DNA of 47,495 nucleotides from an uncultured Lentisphaeraceae bacterium (GTDB lineage Bacteria > Verrucomicrobiota > Kiritimatiellia > RFP12 > UBA1067): assembly GCA_964420685.1 (NCBI GenBank), contig CAYQUI010000005.1, positions 1 through 47,495 of the forward strand, in the 5' to 3' direction. Made by a program: the position numbers and the translations under genes. Below are positions 10,044 to 19,497 of the stretch, piece by piece (the first letter of the stretch is position 1; each line of letters begins with the position of its first letter). Under the pieces are notes generated by a model. The model saw nothing but the letters and a program-made list of their open reading frames with translations. It made no database searches and was not told the origin of the DNA.

Positions 10044-11195
10044 ATGCTCGTCTGGGTCCAGAATCCCTTTGACAGCCTTCCGTGTGAGGGCGCGCGAAAG
10101 ATGCGGTTCTGGCTTCTGTGCGAGGCATTCGCGCGCGCGGGGCATCGCGCCGTCCTCTGGACGAGCGACTTCAGCCACGCGACGAAGGCCAAGCGGCGTT
10201 TCGCAGGGCCCGTTGCCTCCGAGGCGTTCGAGGTTCGGCTGATTCCGACGCGCCCGTATCGGCGGAATGTCGGCTGGGCGCGCGTGTGGAGTCACTTTTC
10301 CTATGCGCGCGCGTGGAAACGCCTGGCGACGGCGGCGGACGTCGAGAAGCCCGACCTGATCGTCTCCTCGGTGCCGACGCTTTCGGCGGCCGGGGCGGCG
10401 CTCGCGCTGGGGCAGCGCTTCGGCGCGAAAGTCGTCCTGGACGTGATGGACGCCTGGCCGGAGACGTTTGAGCGCCTCGTGCCCGCAGGGCTGCGCGGCC
10501 TTGCGCATCTGGCCGTGACGCCATTGCGGCGAAAGGCGCGGCGGCTCTATCGGGCGGCTGACGTGGTGACGGGCGTGAGCGCGCGCTATCGTGCGCTCAC
10601 GGGACGAGATGACTACTTCCTGGCGTACCATGGCATTGACTGTGCGCGTGCCACGCCCTCGCCCGTGCCGCGCGCGGCGGGACGGATTCGGCTGGTCTAT
10701 GCGGGCAATCTTGGCCGGACGTATGACCTTGCGACGGTTGTCGCGGCCGTGCGGGCGCATCCGGAGATGGAACTGGATGTCGCGGGATTCGGGTCGTTCA
10801 ATTGCGACTGTCCGCGCGTTCGTGTGCACGGGCTGCTTTCAGAGTCCGACTTGCAGCGTCTTTTGGCGACGGCGGATGTCGGGGTCGTTCCGATGTCGGC
10901 GGACAGTTGGGTCGGCGTTCCCTACAAGTTCTGCGACTACGCGCGCGCGGGTCTCCCCATCGTCTCTTCGCTCGGAGGCGAGACGGCGGATCTTCTGGCG
11001 CATTACGCCTGCGGGGCGTGTTATCGCGTGGGGGATGTCGCGTCCTTTTCGGAAGCCGTGCGCCAGGCGGTTGCCGGTGGGCGCGGGGCTTCGCGGCGGA
11101 TGTGCGACGACCGCTTCGACGCGACGCGCATCTATGACGGCTACGTCAGGCGCGTTCTCGCCTCGGACAGTCCGTATTCCGCGCGAAGATCCTGA
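10044..11195 (+). CDS. Glycosyltransferase family 4 (GT-B)
   Basis: GH..VLWTSDFSH, DVMDAWPE, YAGNLGRTYD and PYKFCDYARAGLPI motifs. Confidence 0.85.
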   Translation: MLVWVQNPFDSLPCEGARKMRFWLLCEAFARAGHRAVLWTSDFSHATKAKRRFAGPVASEAFEVRLIPTRPYRRNVGWARVWSHFSYARAWKRLATAADVEKPDLIVSSVPTLSAAGAALALGQRFGAKVVLDVMDAWPETFERLVPAGLRGLAHLAVTPLRRKARRLYRAADVVTGVSARYRALTGRDDYFLAYHGIDCARATPSPVPRAAGRIRLVYAGNLGRTYDLATVVAAVRAHPEMELDVAGFGSFNCDCPRVRVHGLLSESDLQRLLATADVGVVPMSADSWVGVPYKFCDYARAGLPIVSSLGGETADLLAHYACGACYRVGDVASFSEAVRQAVAGGRGASRRMCDDRFDATRIYDGYVRRVLASDSPYSARRS

Positions 11196-12334
11196 AGATA
11201 GGCGCGCGCCTTGCGCTGGAGGTTTCGGCGACGGATGAGCGGAACGACCTCGGCGAGCGGAATGAGTTTCTTGTCCACAGGCTCGAAGTCGATGAGCCGG
11301 AGGCGCGTCGAGCCGTCGGGGAGAAACTGAACCTGCACGTTCCGTGGCTCGAAAAACGGGGCCGAGGCATCCGCCAGTTCGTCCAGCAAGGCTTCCAGCT
11401 GGTCGCAGCACAGAGCCGAAAAGCGCGGGTCCTGCCGTTTCTTCATCTCGTATTCCGCGCGGATGACCAGCGAACCGTCGGCATTCGTCATGAGCGACAT
11501 CAGGACGCCATAGCCGCGCCGCTCGTCGAAGACGACCTCGACGACGTCAGGAAACGCGGCGGCCACCAGAGGCCCGGCCTCGTGGCGGTATTTTTCCATC
11601 GCCTCGGCCTCCAGGCAGTTGACGTTCAGCCGCCGGTCAAAGCGGCCGTTCTTCAGCATCAGCCGAAAACGCCATCCGATCTTGCGGTCCGTTTGCGCGT
11701 CCGACGGGTCGCGCAGGAACTTGACGCAGAACCCCGTCTCGCCAATCCGATAGCAGATGCGGCGCGCGCCCTGTCCAATCTTGACGAGAGGCTGTTCGCG
11801 AAGCAGGTGTTCGTGCGGCGAGAGCTGGTGAACCAGTCGCTGCCACTTGTCCTTGAGGAAGAGGACGATCCAGTTGAGGAGAAGGAAGTGCCCAAAGGTC
11901 TTCGTCATGTCCTGCGCGAGTTCGCGGAGCGCGCGCGTGTCGGACACCATGGGAACAAACGGTTGCCAGAGGCGTTTGCTTTGCGCGAGGTTCGGGAGAA
12001 GCGAGACGAAGAGAAGCCCCCAGACCAGCAGAAGGAAATGCTTGTGGCGGGCGATCTCCGCGAATGCGCCCCACGTCGATCCGCGCCAACGGACGATGCA
12101 CGCGACGGCGAGGATGAGGGACGCGACAATCGGCAGCAGTTCCGGTTCGTCGAGGTCGAGGAACGAGATCTTTTTCCAGAACGGATCCAGCTCGTTGAGG
12201 GCCACGCCGAGAAACACGAAGCCCATGGCCAGAAGGCCGCCACGCCATTCGCGCCGATGGACGGCCAGGGCCATCAGCAAGGCCGCCACGCCCGCCATCA
12301 AACTGGCCTGGACGAGAAGAAGGACGTTTGTCAT
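11141..12334 (-). CDS. Membrane protein fused to a YrbL-like (kinase-like) C-terminal domain
   Basis: About five hydrophobic segments in the first ~160 aa, then IGQGARRICY...CVKF...RLIDFE, resembling the YrbL/protein-kinase-like fold. Confidence 0.6.
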   Translation of the reverse strand: MTNVLLLVQASLMAGVAALLMALAVHRREWRGGLLAMGFVFLGVALNELDPFWKKISFLDLDEPELLPIVASLILAVACIVRWRGSTWGAFAEIARHKHFLLLVWGLLFVSLLPNLAQSKRLWQPFVPMVSDTRALRELAQDMTKTFGHFLLLNWIVLFLKDKWQRLVHQLSPHEHLLREQPLVKIGQGARRICYRIGETGFCVKFLRDPSDAQTDRKIGWRFRLMLKNGRFDRRLNVNCLEAEAMEKYRHEAGPLVAAAFPDVVEVVFDERRGYGVLMSLMTNADGSLVIRAEYEMKKRQDPRFSALCCDQLEALLDELADASAPFFEPRNVQVQFLPDGSTRLRLIDFEPVDKKLIPLAEVVPLIRRRNLQRKARAYLQDLRAEYGLSEARTRLT

Positions 12335-13380
12335 GAGCCTGTTCGCGCGTGCGCGTCTCCCTGAAACAGTTTCGCCTCACGCGCCGTCAACGCCTGCAGG
12401 ACCTCCGGCGTGACGGCCTGTCGGAAGTAGTTGTAGTTGAGAACCCAGTAGGACGGGTGGCGGCGGATGACGGATTCGAGGGCGGTTGCGCACCGCTGGG
12501 TCGTCGCCCAGACGTCTCGCGCCGTGTCGGGCGTCATCGTCTCGATGACCTCGCACCGATAGCGGCCGTCCTTGAGCGGGCGCGACCACGCGACGATAAT
12601 CGGGACTTTCGCCTTTGCCGCGAAGAAGGCGGGTGCGGCCGAGACGGGAATGGGCTTGCCGAGGAAGCGAATCCACACGCCGCCTTTTTCCGGCGCGACC
12701 TTCTGGTCGACGAGAAGTCCGAGCGACTTTCCGGCCTTGACGCCCGCCATGAGCGGCTTGAACGCGCCCTCGGCCGAGACGATTTCCTGCCCGATCGAAC
12801 GCCGGGCCGACATGAGGAGCTTGGTCATGCCGCGCGTGCCGATGCCCTTGGCGACCGACATCATTTCATGCCCCTCCAGGAACGCGAGCTGCGAAAGGAT
12901 CTCCCAGCAGCCAATGTGTCCCGAAACCGTGACGGCGGGACGGTTCGCCGCGAGAAACGCCTTGCCCTCCGGTGACATCTCGCCGACGAGGGCGCAACGC
13001 GCGCGCGCGCGAACGAGCGTCCAGAACGCATAGCCAACCGTCCGCGCCATGTTGCGGTAGGAACGGCGGATGATGCGGGCCTCGGCCGCTGTTGGACGAT
13101 ACGGGCCGACATCGGGATTGAATCGCGTCGTTCCCTCAAGCCCGACGCAGCGGCCTCGGATGATGTGGAGGTTTTCGAGCGCGCGCCGCTTGCCGCGCCG
13201 GTCAAAGAAGTACATGCCGGCCGAAAGGCTGTCGCAGAACAGGAGCAGAAGCCGCCAGGGCATCCAGACGAGGGCGGCCAGCGCCAGTCCAATGCCAATC
13301 CACTCGGCGGGCAACAGGATCGCGTGCTTTATCTTCTTGTTGCGTGCGCGCCGTCGCCACAGCTTCTCGTCGTCCGTCAT
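12331..13380 (-). CDS. Lipid A lauroyl/myristoyl acyltransferase family (LpxL/HtrB-like); start refined to 13380
   Basis: GHIGCWE (HxxxxE/D), LLVDQ, FLG and P..W motifs. ATGA overlap with the upstream GT8 gene. Confidence 0.85.
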   Translation of the reverse strand: MTDDEKLWRRRARNKKIKHAILLPAEWIGIGLALAALVWMPWRLLLLFCDSLSAGMYFFDRRGKRRALENLHIIRGRCVGLEGTTRFNPDVGPYRPTAAEARIIRRSYRNMARTVGYAFWTLVRARARCALVGEMSPEGKAFLAANRPAVTVSGHIGCWEILSQLAFLEGHEMMSVAKGIGTRGMTKLLMSARRSIGQEIVSAEGAFKPLMAGVKAGKSLGLLVDQKVAPEKGGVWIRFLGKPIPVSAAPAFFAAKAKVPIIVAWSRPLKDGRYRCEVIETMTPDTARDVWATTQRCATALESVIRRHPSYWVLNYNYFRQAVTPEVLQALTAREAKLFQGDAHARTGS

Positions 13381-14387
13381 TGTGCGCCCTCCAAAAGGGA
13401 TTGGAGGCGACGGCGGAGCGTCGCGAGATGCCGCCGCGTCTGCCTGTCGTGCCATCTGCCGAAGAACTCTTCCTTCGGCGGCGTCTGTCCGACCGCCGTC
13501 ATGGCGGCTTGGTAGAGCTTGCGATAGGGACGGTGACAAGGCTTCCACGGCTTCTTCGGCCCCCAGAAGTGGAGAATCGCCGGATTGAGCGCGGCTTCAA
13601 GGCACTCCTTCGGCGGATTGCCCTGCCAGAGCGGCGCCCGGAGATCGCGCGTCACGTAGCTCTTGATCAGGCGGTCGTGAAAGTTCCACCGAAGCGGCAG
13701 GAGGCGCGTGCGGTCGTGGTAGAGCGCGTTCCAGGCGTCTTGCTCGATGCGGTCGGCAATTGCGTAGTGGTCGCGATACCAGGCGAGAATCCTCTCCCAC
13801 GTCTTTTCGGCCCGGCACGCCGCCGTGTTGAAGACGAGCGTTCCCGTGTTGAAGTAGCGCGTGACGGACGGCGGCAGGATGCCCGTGCCCCAGACGGCTT
13901 CGGTGATGACGGGGTCGCCCTGGCCATATTCGGCGACGGCGGCAATGAGGTTGTCGCCCAGGTCAAGGTCGAGGATCTTCGACACGTCGTCGTTGAAGAG
14001 CATGTCGATGTCGAAATGCGCGACGTTCCCCGTCGCGTCCGCGAGGATCTGCGGCGTGAAGATCGGCGTCCACGTGAAGACGTTCCAGCGCGAGCCGGGG
14101 CGGTCTTTCAGGATGTCCTGATAGGGCGCCAGAAACGGCTCGACGTCGTGGTAGCGGATGGAATACTTGTCTTCGGGCAGACCGAGATTCGCGCGGGCCG
14201 CCTTTTGGTTGAACGCATCCACGACCGCGCGCAACGCCGCCTTGCTCGCGGCGGAATGTCCGCCGAAGCCCTCGAAGACGTTGATGCGAATGGATTCCTT
14301 GCCCGTGTCGTGGGCAAGGAGCGAGCCGACCGTCACGCAAAGGAACTTCGCGCCATTGTCATCGCAGCTGAAAGCAACGTCCTTCAC
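13377..14387 (-). CDS. Glycosyltransferase family 8
   Basis: FSCDD, DID motif, YFNTGTLVFN, EQDAWN, LPLRWN and ILHFWGPKKPW motifs. Confidence 0.88.
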   Translation of the reverse strand: MKDVAFSCDDNGAKFLCVTVGSLLAHDTGKESIRINVFEGFGGHSAASKAALRAVVDAFNQKAARANLGLPEDKYSIRYHDVEPFLAPYQDILKDRPGSRWNVFTWTPIFTPQILADATGNVAHFDIDMLFNDDVSKILDLDLGDNLIAAVAEYGQGDPVITEAVWGTGILPPSVTRYFNTGTLVFNTAACRAEKTWERILAWYRDHYAIADRIEQDAWNALYHDRTRLLPLRWNFHDRLIKSYVTRDLRAPLWQGNPPKECLEAALNPAILHFWGPKKPWKPCHRPYRKLYQAAMTAVGQTPPKEEFFGRWHDRQTRRHLATLRRRLQSLLEGAQ

Positions 14388-15613
14388 GCCAGAACTTCCT
14401 TGAGGGCGGCGAGAACCTTGTCCTGGTCGGGCGCGAGGCCGCAGTAGAGCGGCAGGCGCACGAGGGTGTCGGCGTAGCGGTCGCAGTTCGGCAACGCGCG
14501 CGCCACTGACGCCTCGTCCATCGGTCGATGCGTCTCGCGATAGGTTCGGTAGAAATCCGAAGAGTGGAGCGGCAGATAGTGGAAGACCGTCAGGACGTCC
14601 CGCGCCCGCATCTTCGCGATGAAGTCCGTCCGCGCCGCGAGATCCGGGAACAGGAGATAGAACATGTGCGCGTTGTTCGTCGCGCAGGATGGAATGACGG
14701 GGAGGTTTGGGCGTTTGGAGGTTTGGGCGTTTGGAGGTTTGGGCGTTTGGCGGGCGGAGAAGAAGTCCATGTACCGCTGCCAGAGGCGTTTGCGCTCGGC
14801 CTGGATTTCGTCAAGGTGTTCAAGCTGCGCCCAGAGAAACGCCGAGACGACCTCCGTCGGCAGGAAGGAACTTCCCGTGTCCACCCAGCCATACTTGTTC
14901 ACCTCGCCACGGAAGAACTCGGCGCGGTTCGTGCCTTTTTCCCAAATGATTTCGGCGCGTCGCACGAAACGCGCGTCGTTGACGACGAGAAGACCGCCCT
15001 CGCCGGAGATGATGTTCTTCGTCTCGTGGAAGGAGAACGCAGCCAGGTGTCCGATCGAACCGAGGGGACGCCTGCGGACAGGCGTCGTCGGGTTGTCCGC
15101 GAAGGCGCGTGAATTTTCAGAAGGGGACAGGTAGAAGCTGTCGATGGCCTGGGCGGCGTCTTCGACGACGAGCAGGTTGTGGCGGTTCGCAATCGCCATG
15201 ATCGCGTCCATCTCGCAGGCGACACCCGCGTAGTGGACGACGACGATCACTTTCGTCCGTGGCGTGATGAGGGCTTCGATCTGCGTCTCGTCGATGTTCG
15301 GCTGGTCGGCGCGGCTGTCGGCGAAGACGATGGTCGCGCCCTGGCGGACGAAGGCAAGCGCCGATGAGACAAACGTGTAGGAGGGAACGATGACCTCGTC
15401 GCCCGGGCCGACGCCCGTCAGGATTGCCGCCATTTCAAGCGCGTCTGTGCAGGACGTCGTCAGGAGGCACTTGCGGAAGCCGTAGCGTCGCTCGAAGTAG
15501 TCCTGGCATCGCTTCGTGAATTCGCCGTTGCCGGAAATCTTGCCGCCCGAAACGGCCTGACGGATGTAGTCCGCCTCCTTTCCGGTCATGTAGGGTCTGT
15601 TGAAATGTATCAC
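14384..15613 (-). CDS. wecE: dTDP-4-amino-4,6-dideoxygalactose transaminase
   Basis: LLTTSCTDALEMAA, VEDAAQ, FSFHETKN (PLP lysine), EKGTNR, NAHMFY and FHYLPLH motifs. Confidence 0.93.
   Translation of the reverse strand: MIHFNRPYMTGKEADYIRQAVSGGKISGNGEFTKRCQDYFERRYGFRKCLLTTSCTDALEMAAILTGVGPGDEVIVPSYTFVSSALAFVRQGATIVFADSRADQPNIDETQIEALITPRTKVIVVVHYAGVACEMDAIMAIANRHNLLVVEDAAQAIDSFYLSPSENSRAFADNPTTPVRRRPLGSIGHLAAFSFHETKNIISGEGGLLVVNDARFVRRAEIIWEKGTNRAEFFRGEVNKYGWVDTGSSFLPTEVVSAFLWAQLEHLDEIQAERKRLWQRYMDFFSARQTPKPPNAQTSKRPNLPVIPSCATNNAHMFYLLFPDLAARTDFIAKMRARDVLTVFHYLPLHSSDFYRTYRETHRPMDEASVARALPNCDRYADTLVRLPLYCGLAPDQDKVLAALKEVLA
14701..14750. repeat. Tandem (GGAGGTTT-GGGCGTTT)x3 inside wecE
   Basis: Six 8-bp units (48 bp), perfect at 16-bp period. 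Encodes QTPKPPNAQTSKRPNL on the minus strand. Confidence 0.95.
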
Positions 15614-16737
15614 TTGGCGAGTTCCTCGTAAACGGCCACTGTCTTTTGGGACATTATATCAAAATCGCACAGCGCGCGAACGGCTTCGCGCCGCGTCGGG
15701 CACGGCATTGCCGCGACCGCGCCGAGGATTTCCGCCGCGCCGCCGAAGCGTCGCAGAAGACGGACGGGACGGTTCATCGCCAACGCTTCGGCAACCGAAA
15801 GCCCGAACGATTCGGGTTTCGTCACGTTCCCCGAAACGACGAGATCCGCCAACGAGAGACATTCGGGGATGTGCGTCTGCGCCCCCGCGAAGACAACGCG
15901 ATCCACCACGCCGAGCGAGGCGGCGAGAGCCTTGAGTTCGGCAAGATGCCCCGTCTTGTCCCGGTCGGCGCCGCCCACGAGGATCAGTTTCGTCTGCGGC
16001 GCATATAAGGCATCGCCCCACGCTGCGTCGGGCGTGACGTCCGGTCTCCCCGCGAGATTGCGGATCAGGTGGTCGAATCCCTTGAGCGGCGTGATGCGTC
16101 CGACGGCCATGACGACGCGGTCGCCGGGCTTGAGCCCCCAGTCGCGCCGAAGCCGTGCCACGATGTCTGCGTTGAGGGCCGCCGGATCGAAGCGCGCGAA
16201 GTCAACTGCCGGATGGATGACGCGGAGGCGCGCGCCGAGACCCTTCGCGTTCGGATAGCTCCGCGTCAGGTAGTCCGCGAGGAATCGCGAGGGCGTGATG
16301 ACGCGGTCGCCCTTCGTCATCACCGCCGAATAGCGCGAGACGGAATTCGCCCCATGCGCGTACGTGACGAAGGGGAGGGAAGAAATAATCGGATGGTCGA
16401 ATGGGCGAACGAAAGCGTCCAGACGGCGGGCGAGGACGAACAGCCAGGCCGGGACGCGCGAATGCGCGCAGACGAGGAGCGAGTCGCCGCGTGTCGCCAA
16501 CGCACGCAATGCCTTTCGTAGTTGCCACGCCCGAACCGGGGCCGTCAGCGGGTTCTTCGACTTGAGGTCGAGCGCGAGGTGTTCGCCGCCGTCGTCGCGC
16601 ACCTTCGCCACGAGCCGTCCGCCTTTCGAGATGACGACTGACCGCCATCCGGCGCGGACAAGCGCGCGGTTCAAGTCGCAGACGACGGTCTCGACGCCGC
16701 CCTGCTCCATGGCCGGAACGAGATGAATGACCGTCAT
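15610..16737 (-). CDS. Glycosyltransferase family 4
   Basis: GGVE, HSRVPAW, VGRITPLKG and ESFGLSVAEALA motifs. Confidence 0.88.
   Translation of the reverse strand: MTVIHLVPAMEQGGVETVVCDLNRALVRAGWRSVVISKGGRLVAKVRDDGGEHLALDLKSKNPLTAPVRAWQLRKALRALATRGDSLLVCAHSRVPAWLFVLARRLDAFVRPFDHPIISSLPFVTYAHGANSVSRYSAVMTKGDRVITPSRFLADYLTRSYPNAKGLGARLRVIHPAVDFARFDPAALNADIVARLRRDWGLKPGDRVVMAVGRITPLKGFDHLIRNLAGRPDVTPDAAWGDALYAPQTKLILVGGADRDKTGHLAELKALAASLGVVDRVVFAGAQTHIPECLSLADLVVSGNVTKPESFGLSVAEALAMNRPVRLLRRFGGAAEILGAVAAMPCPTRREAVRALCDFDIMSQKTVAVYEELAK
16383..16414. repeat. Degenerate 8-bp array (GAATGGTC type) inside the GT4 gene
   Basis: AAATAATC/GGATGGTC/GAATGGGC/GAACGAAA; similar to the arrays at 2383 and 31186. 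Confidence 0.5.
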
Positions 16738-16743
16738 GACGCC

Positions 16744-18006
16744 TTAGCCCATCTGCGCGAGCCGTTGGGCCAGCACGGGCAGCCCCGGATCGCGCGCGCC
16801 ACATGTCACGAAACAGCCAAAGGCCGCTCGATGCGCCGCACACCAATCCAACGCCGCATCCAGGTCGGAAACTTGGGTTACGCGCGCACCGACGGCGGCG
16901 TCCGCGTCGGCAATCGCCTGGGACAAGGCGCCTGAATTGATCGAGCGGTCGGTTGTGCCGCCCGCGTCGTAGACGGGCAGGAGCAGAAGCCTGTCCTGCG
17001 GGCGAATCGTCTCGACGAACATCGCCGCCAGCGCGGCGCACATCTTGCGGAGCGGCGCATACCCATGCGGCCGCCAGATCGCGCAGACGCCCTGCGGGTA
17101 GTTCTCCGCGAGCGTCGTCCACATGGCCTTGAGCTTCTCCGGGTTGTGGGCGTAGTCGTCGTAGACGGCGGGAGAGTGGCGGGGCGTTTGGGGGTTTGGA
17201 CGTTTAGGGGTTTGGATGCGCTGGAGACGGCGCTCGACGCCCTTGAATGTCTTCATCGCGGCGACGGCCGCTTTCGGCGCCACGCCGAGCGCGACCGCCA
17301 TGCGCACGGCCAGCTCTGCGTTCTGCCGGTTGTGCCGCCCCGGCACGGGGACCTCCAGCGGCTCGAAGCGCCAGGCGTCCAGCGGGACTCGTCCGTCGAT
17401 GACCGGGCCGTGGCAACCCGCCACGAAGGCATCGAAGACCGCGTCCATCTCTTCCTTGGAATAGTGGTCGGCCGAGGCGTTCGTGACAACGGCGGCGTAG
17501 GGACTGAACGCGACAAGCGACTTGTCGCTCTCGTCCACTTCCGCGACGGCATACGCGCCGCGTCCGAAGCGGACGGCCCCGTCCCAGCCCGGCGCGTTTG
17601 CGCCGTTCACGCAGAACGGGTCAAGGCCGCATTCGGCGAGGACGTGCCCCAGCATGGCCGTTACCGTCGATTTGCCGCACGTTCCGACGACGGCGACGAG
17701 CTTGTAGCCCTGCAGCGCGCGTGCGAGCGCCTTCGCCCGGTGCGTGACGGGAATGCCGCGTTCGCGCGCCTTGCGCAATCCCGCGTTCGTCTCCTCGATG
17801 GCCGTCGAGACGATGACTTCGTCCGTGGTCGCGTCAACGCCGCTGCCGTCGTCCGGAAAGACGGCCACGCCGAGCGATTCAAGGCGGCGAATGTTCGGCG
17901 TGTCCCGTGTCCGGTCGGCCCCCGTCACCTCGTCGCCCAGTTTGAGGAGCGCCGTCGCGAGCGCGCTCATGCCGACGCCGCCAATGCCAATCAGATGCCG
18001 TTTCAC
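16744..18006 (-). CDS. murC: Mur ligase, MurC/Mpl-like
   Basis: GIGGVGMSALA, GTCGKSTVT P-loop, EVDESD, PGRHN and DDYAHNP motifs. Confidence 0.75.
   Translation of the reverse strand: MKRHLIGIGGVGMSALATALLKLGDEVTGADRTRDTPNIRRLESLGVAVFPDDGSGVDATTDEVIVSTAIEETNAGLRKARERGIPVTHRAKALARALQGYKLVAVVGTCGKSTVTAMLGHVLAECGLDPFCVNGANAPGWDGAVRFGRGAYAVAEVDESDKSLVAFSPYAAVVTNASADHYSKEEMDAVFDAFVAGCHGPVIDGRVPLDAWRFEPLEVPVPGRHNRQNAELAVRMAVALGVAPKAAVAAMKTFKGVERRLQRIQTPKRPNPQTPRHSPAVYDDYAHNPEKLKAMWTTLAENYPQGVCAIWRPHGYAPLRKMCAALAAMFVETIRPQDRLLLLPVYDAGGTTDRSINSGALSQAIADADAAVGARVTQVSDLDAALDWCAAHRAAFGCFVTCGARDPGLPVLAQRLAQMG
17182..17216. repeat. 8-bp GG-N2-GTTT array inside the Mur ligase gene
   Basis: GGGCGTTT/GGGGGTTT/GGACGTTT/AGGGGTTT/GGA; encodes QTPKRPNPQTP. 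Confidence 0.88.
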
Positions 18007-18881
18007 CGGCCGAAGAGCTTCTTGACGGCATCCGCCGTCCGCTTCATGTCTTCGCCGACCTTCTTCACGCTCTCGCCGGCCGCGTCGGCGGCAGACTGAA
18101 GCGAGGCCGAAGCGGACTTCAGCGAATCGCCCGTCGTGCCGCCGGCTTCCTGAAGGGCCGTGCCGAGCTGGCCGGCCGCCGTGTTGATCAGCCCGCCGAG
18201 TGCGGCCGCACCGTCGCCGGCCTTGGTCGCGCCTTTGAGAATCGCTTCCCAGACCTGCGTCGTCAGTTCGGCGAGCGTGAGCCCGTTGGACTTCTTGCCG
18301 AGATCCGTCAGCGTGATCGGCGGCACGGGAATCGTCAGCATCTGGAGCTTCACGCGCACGCCCGAAACGGACAGGCGATCGACGACCACCTTGAACTCCT
18401 TCTCCTCCGCCTCCGTCGGGGCGGCCTCCGTCGTCTCCGTCGTCGGCTCGGCCGTTTCCGGCTCGTCTTCGCCGCCGGAGACGTTCATCTTGAGCTGCGT
18501 CAGGTTGTCGATGCTGTTCTCGCCGCCATAGAGATAGGAGACGAAGCAGTCCTTCAGCGTGATCTCACGGACGTGGAGGCAGTCCCCCACGAGGCTCGCG
18601 CCGTCCAGCACGACGACGAGACTGCCGAGGTGCAGCGCGGTCGGCTCAGAGTAGCCCGCCGGATTTCCGACCCGCAGGTCGCTGACGGACAGCCGCCCCG
18701 AATAGGGGTTCAGCGACAGTCCGCCAAGGTGGAAGTCCGTCTGCGTGATTCGAGGGCCGAGGCAGTTGGCGATCGGACGGGCCACGGGGCCGAGCCAAAG
18801 CGGCAGCGTCGCGACGAGCAGGAAGGCAAGGACCGCGAGAATCACGACCGACCACAGGACGATTTTGAGCAGTTTTTTCAT
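18003..18881 (-). CDS. AsmA-family-like protein
   Basis: N-terminal TM anchor, LSLNPYSGRLSVSDLRVGNPAGYS, and I.L.DLGKKSNGLT segment; Ala/Gly-rich tail. Confidence 0.65.
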   Translation of the reverse strand: MKKLLKIVLWSVVILAVLAFLLVATLPLWLGPVARPIANCLGPRITQTDFHLGGLSLNPYSGRLSVSDLRVGNPAGYSEPTALHLGSLVVVLDGASLVGDCLHVREITLKDCFVSYLYGGENSIDNLTQLKMNVSGGEDEPETAEPTTETTEAAPTEAEEKEFKVVVDRLSVSGVRVKLQMLTIPVPPITLTDLGKKSNGLTLAELTTQVWEAILKGATKAGDGAAALGGLINTAAGQLGTALQEAGGTTGDSLKSASASLQSAADAAGESVKKVGEDMKRTADAVKKLFGR

Positions 18882-19459
18882 TTGAGTGTCTCCACGATGA
18901 TTTTTGTGCGATGGCCAGACCCTTCGGTCTCGACCTCAAGGACATTGGCCATCCAGCGTTCGCCGAACTTCTTGAGGCGTGCGCCCCACAGCCGGCGAAT
19001 CCGCCGTTCGCCCGCGAACTCCTCGGCCTGCAGGAGCGCGCCCGTCTTGCGGTCGATCCACGCCCGAACGGTTCGTGCGCCGTTGCGCAGGACGACGACG
19101 GCGCAGACCTGCCCGTGGACAGTCTCGCCCTCGCGCTCCGCGTCAAAGGAGACGTCGCGCCAGTTCAGGTAGTCGAGCGCGAGGTCGCTCCACGTCACGT
19201 CCGTGCCGAGGATGCCGTCGGCCGCGCGCGCCGAATCCGCTGGCCGCGCGTAGGGTTGGCCGTCGAGGACGAGCGCCGTCTGCCCGGCCGTGCGCGTGAG
19301 GACATAGCCATGCTCGGCCTTGACGACGCCCCGCCGGTTTCGGAGGACGATTCGCCCCGTGAGTTCGGCATTTGACGGGATCATCGCGCGGCACTGCGCG
19401 ACGAGTTCCTGCGGCGTCGCGTTCGTCGCGATCAAAATGCTGGCGAGAAGCGCGATCAT
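18878..19459 (-). CDS. Outer-membrane lipoprotein-sorting (LolA-like) protein
   Basis: Signal-like N-terminus, ILGTDVTWSDL, VRAWIDRKTGALLQAEEF; beta-rich. Confidence 0.65.
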   Translation of the reverse strand: MIALLASILIATNATPQELVAQCRAMIPSNAELTGRIVLRNRRGVVKAEHGYVLTRTAGQTALVLDGQPYARPADSARAADGILGTDVTWSDLALDYLNWRDVSFDAEREGETVHGQVCAVVVLRNGARTVRAWIDRKTGALLQAEEFAGERRIRRLWGARLKKFGERWMANVLEVETEGSGHRTKIIVETLK

Positions 19460-19497
19460 GCCCTCTGCGCCTCCGCGTTGACAAGTCTCTTCATCAT
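19456..19497 (-). CDS. Putative leaderless 13-aa uORF MMKRLVNAEAQRA coupled to the LolA-like gene
   Basis: ATG lies 6 nt after TGCTATAAT (19504-19512). Its TGA overlaps the ATG at 19459 (ATGA). Confidence 0.4.
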   Translation of the reverse strand: MMKRLVNAEAQRA

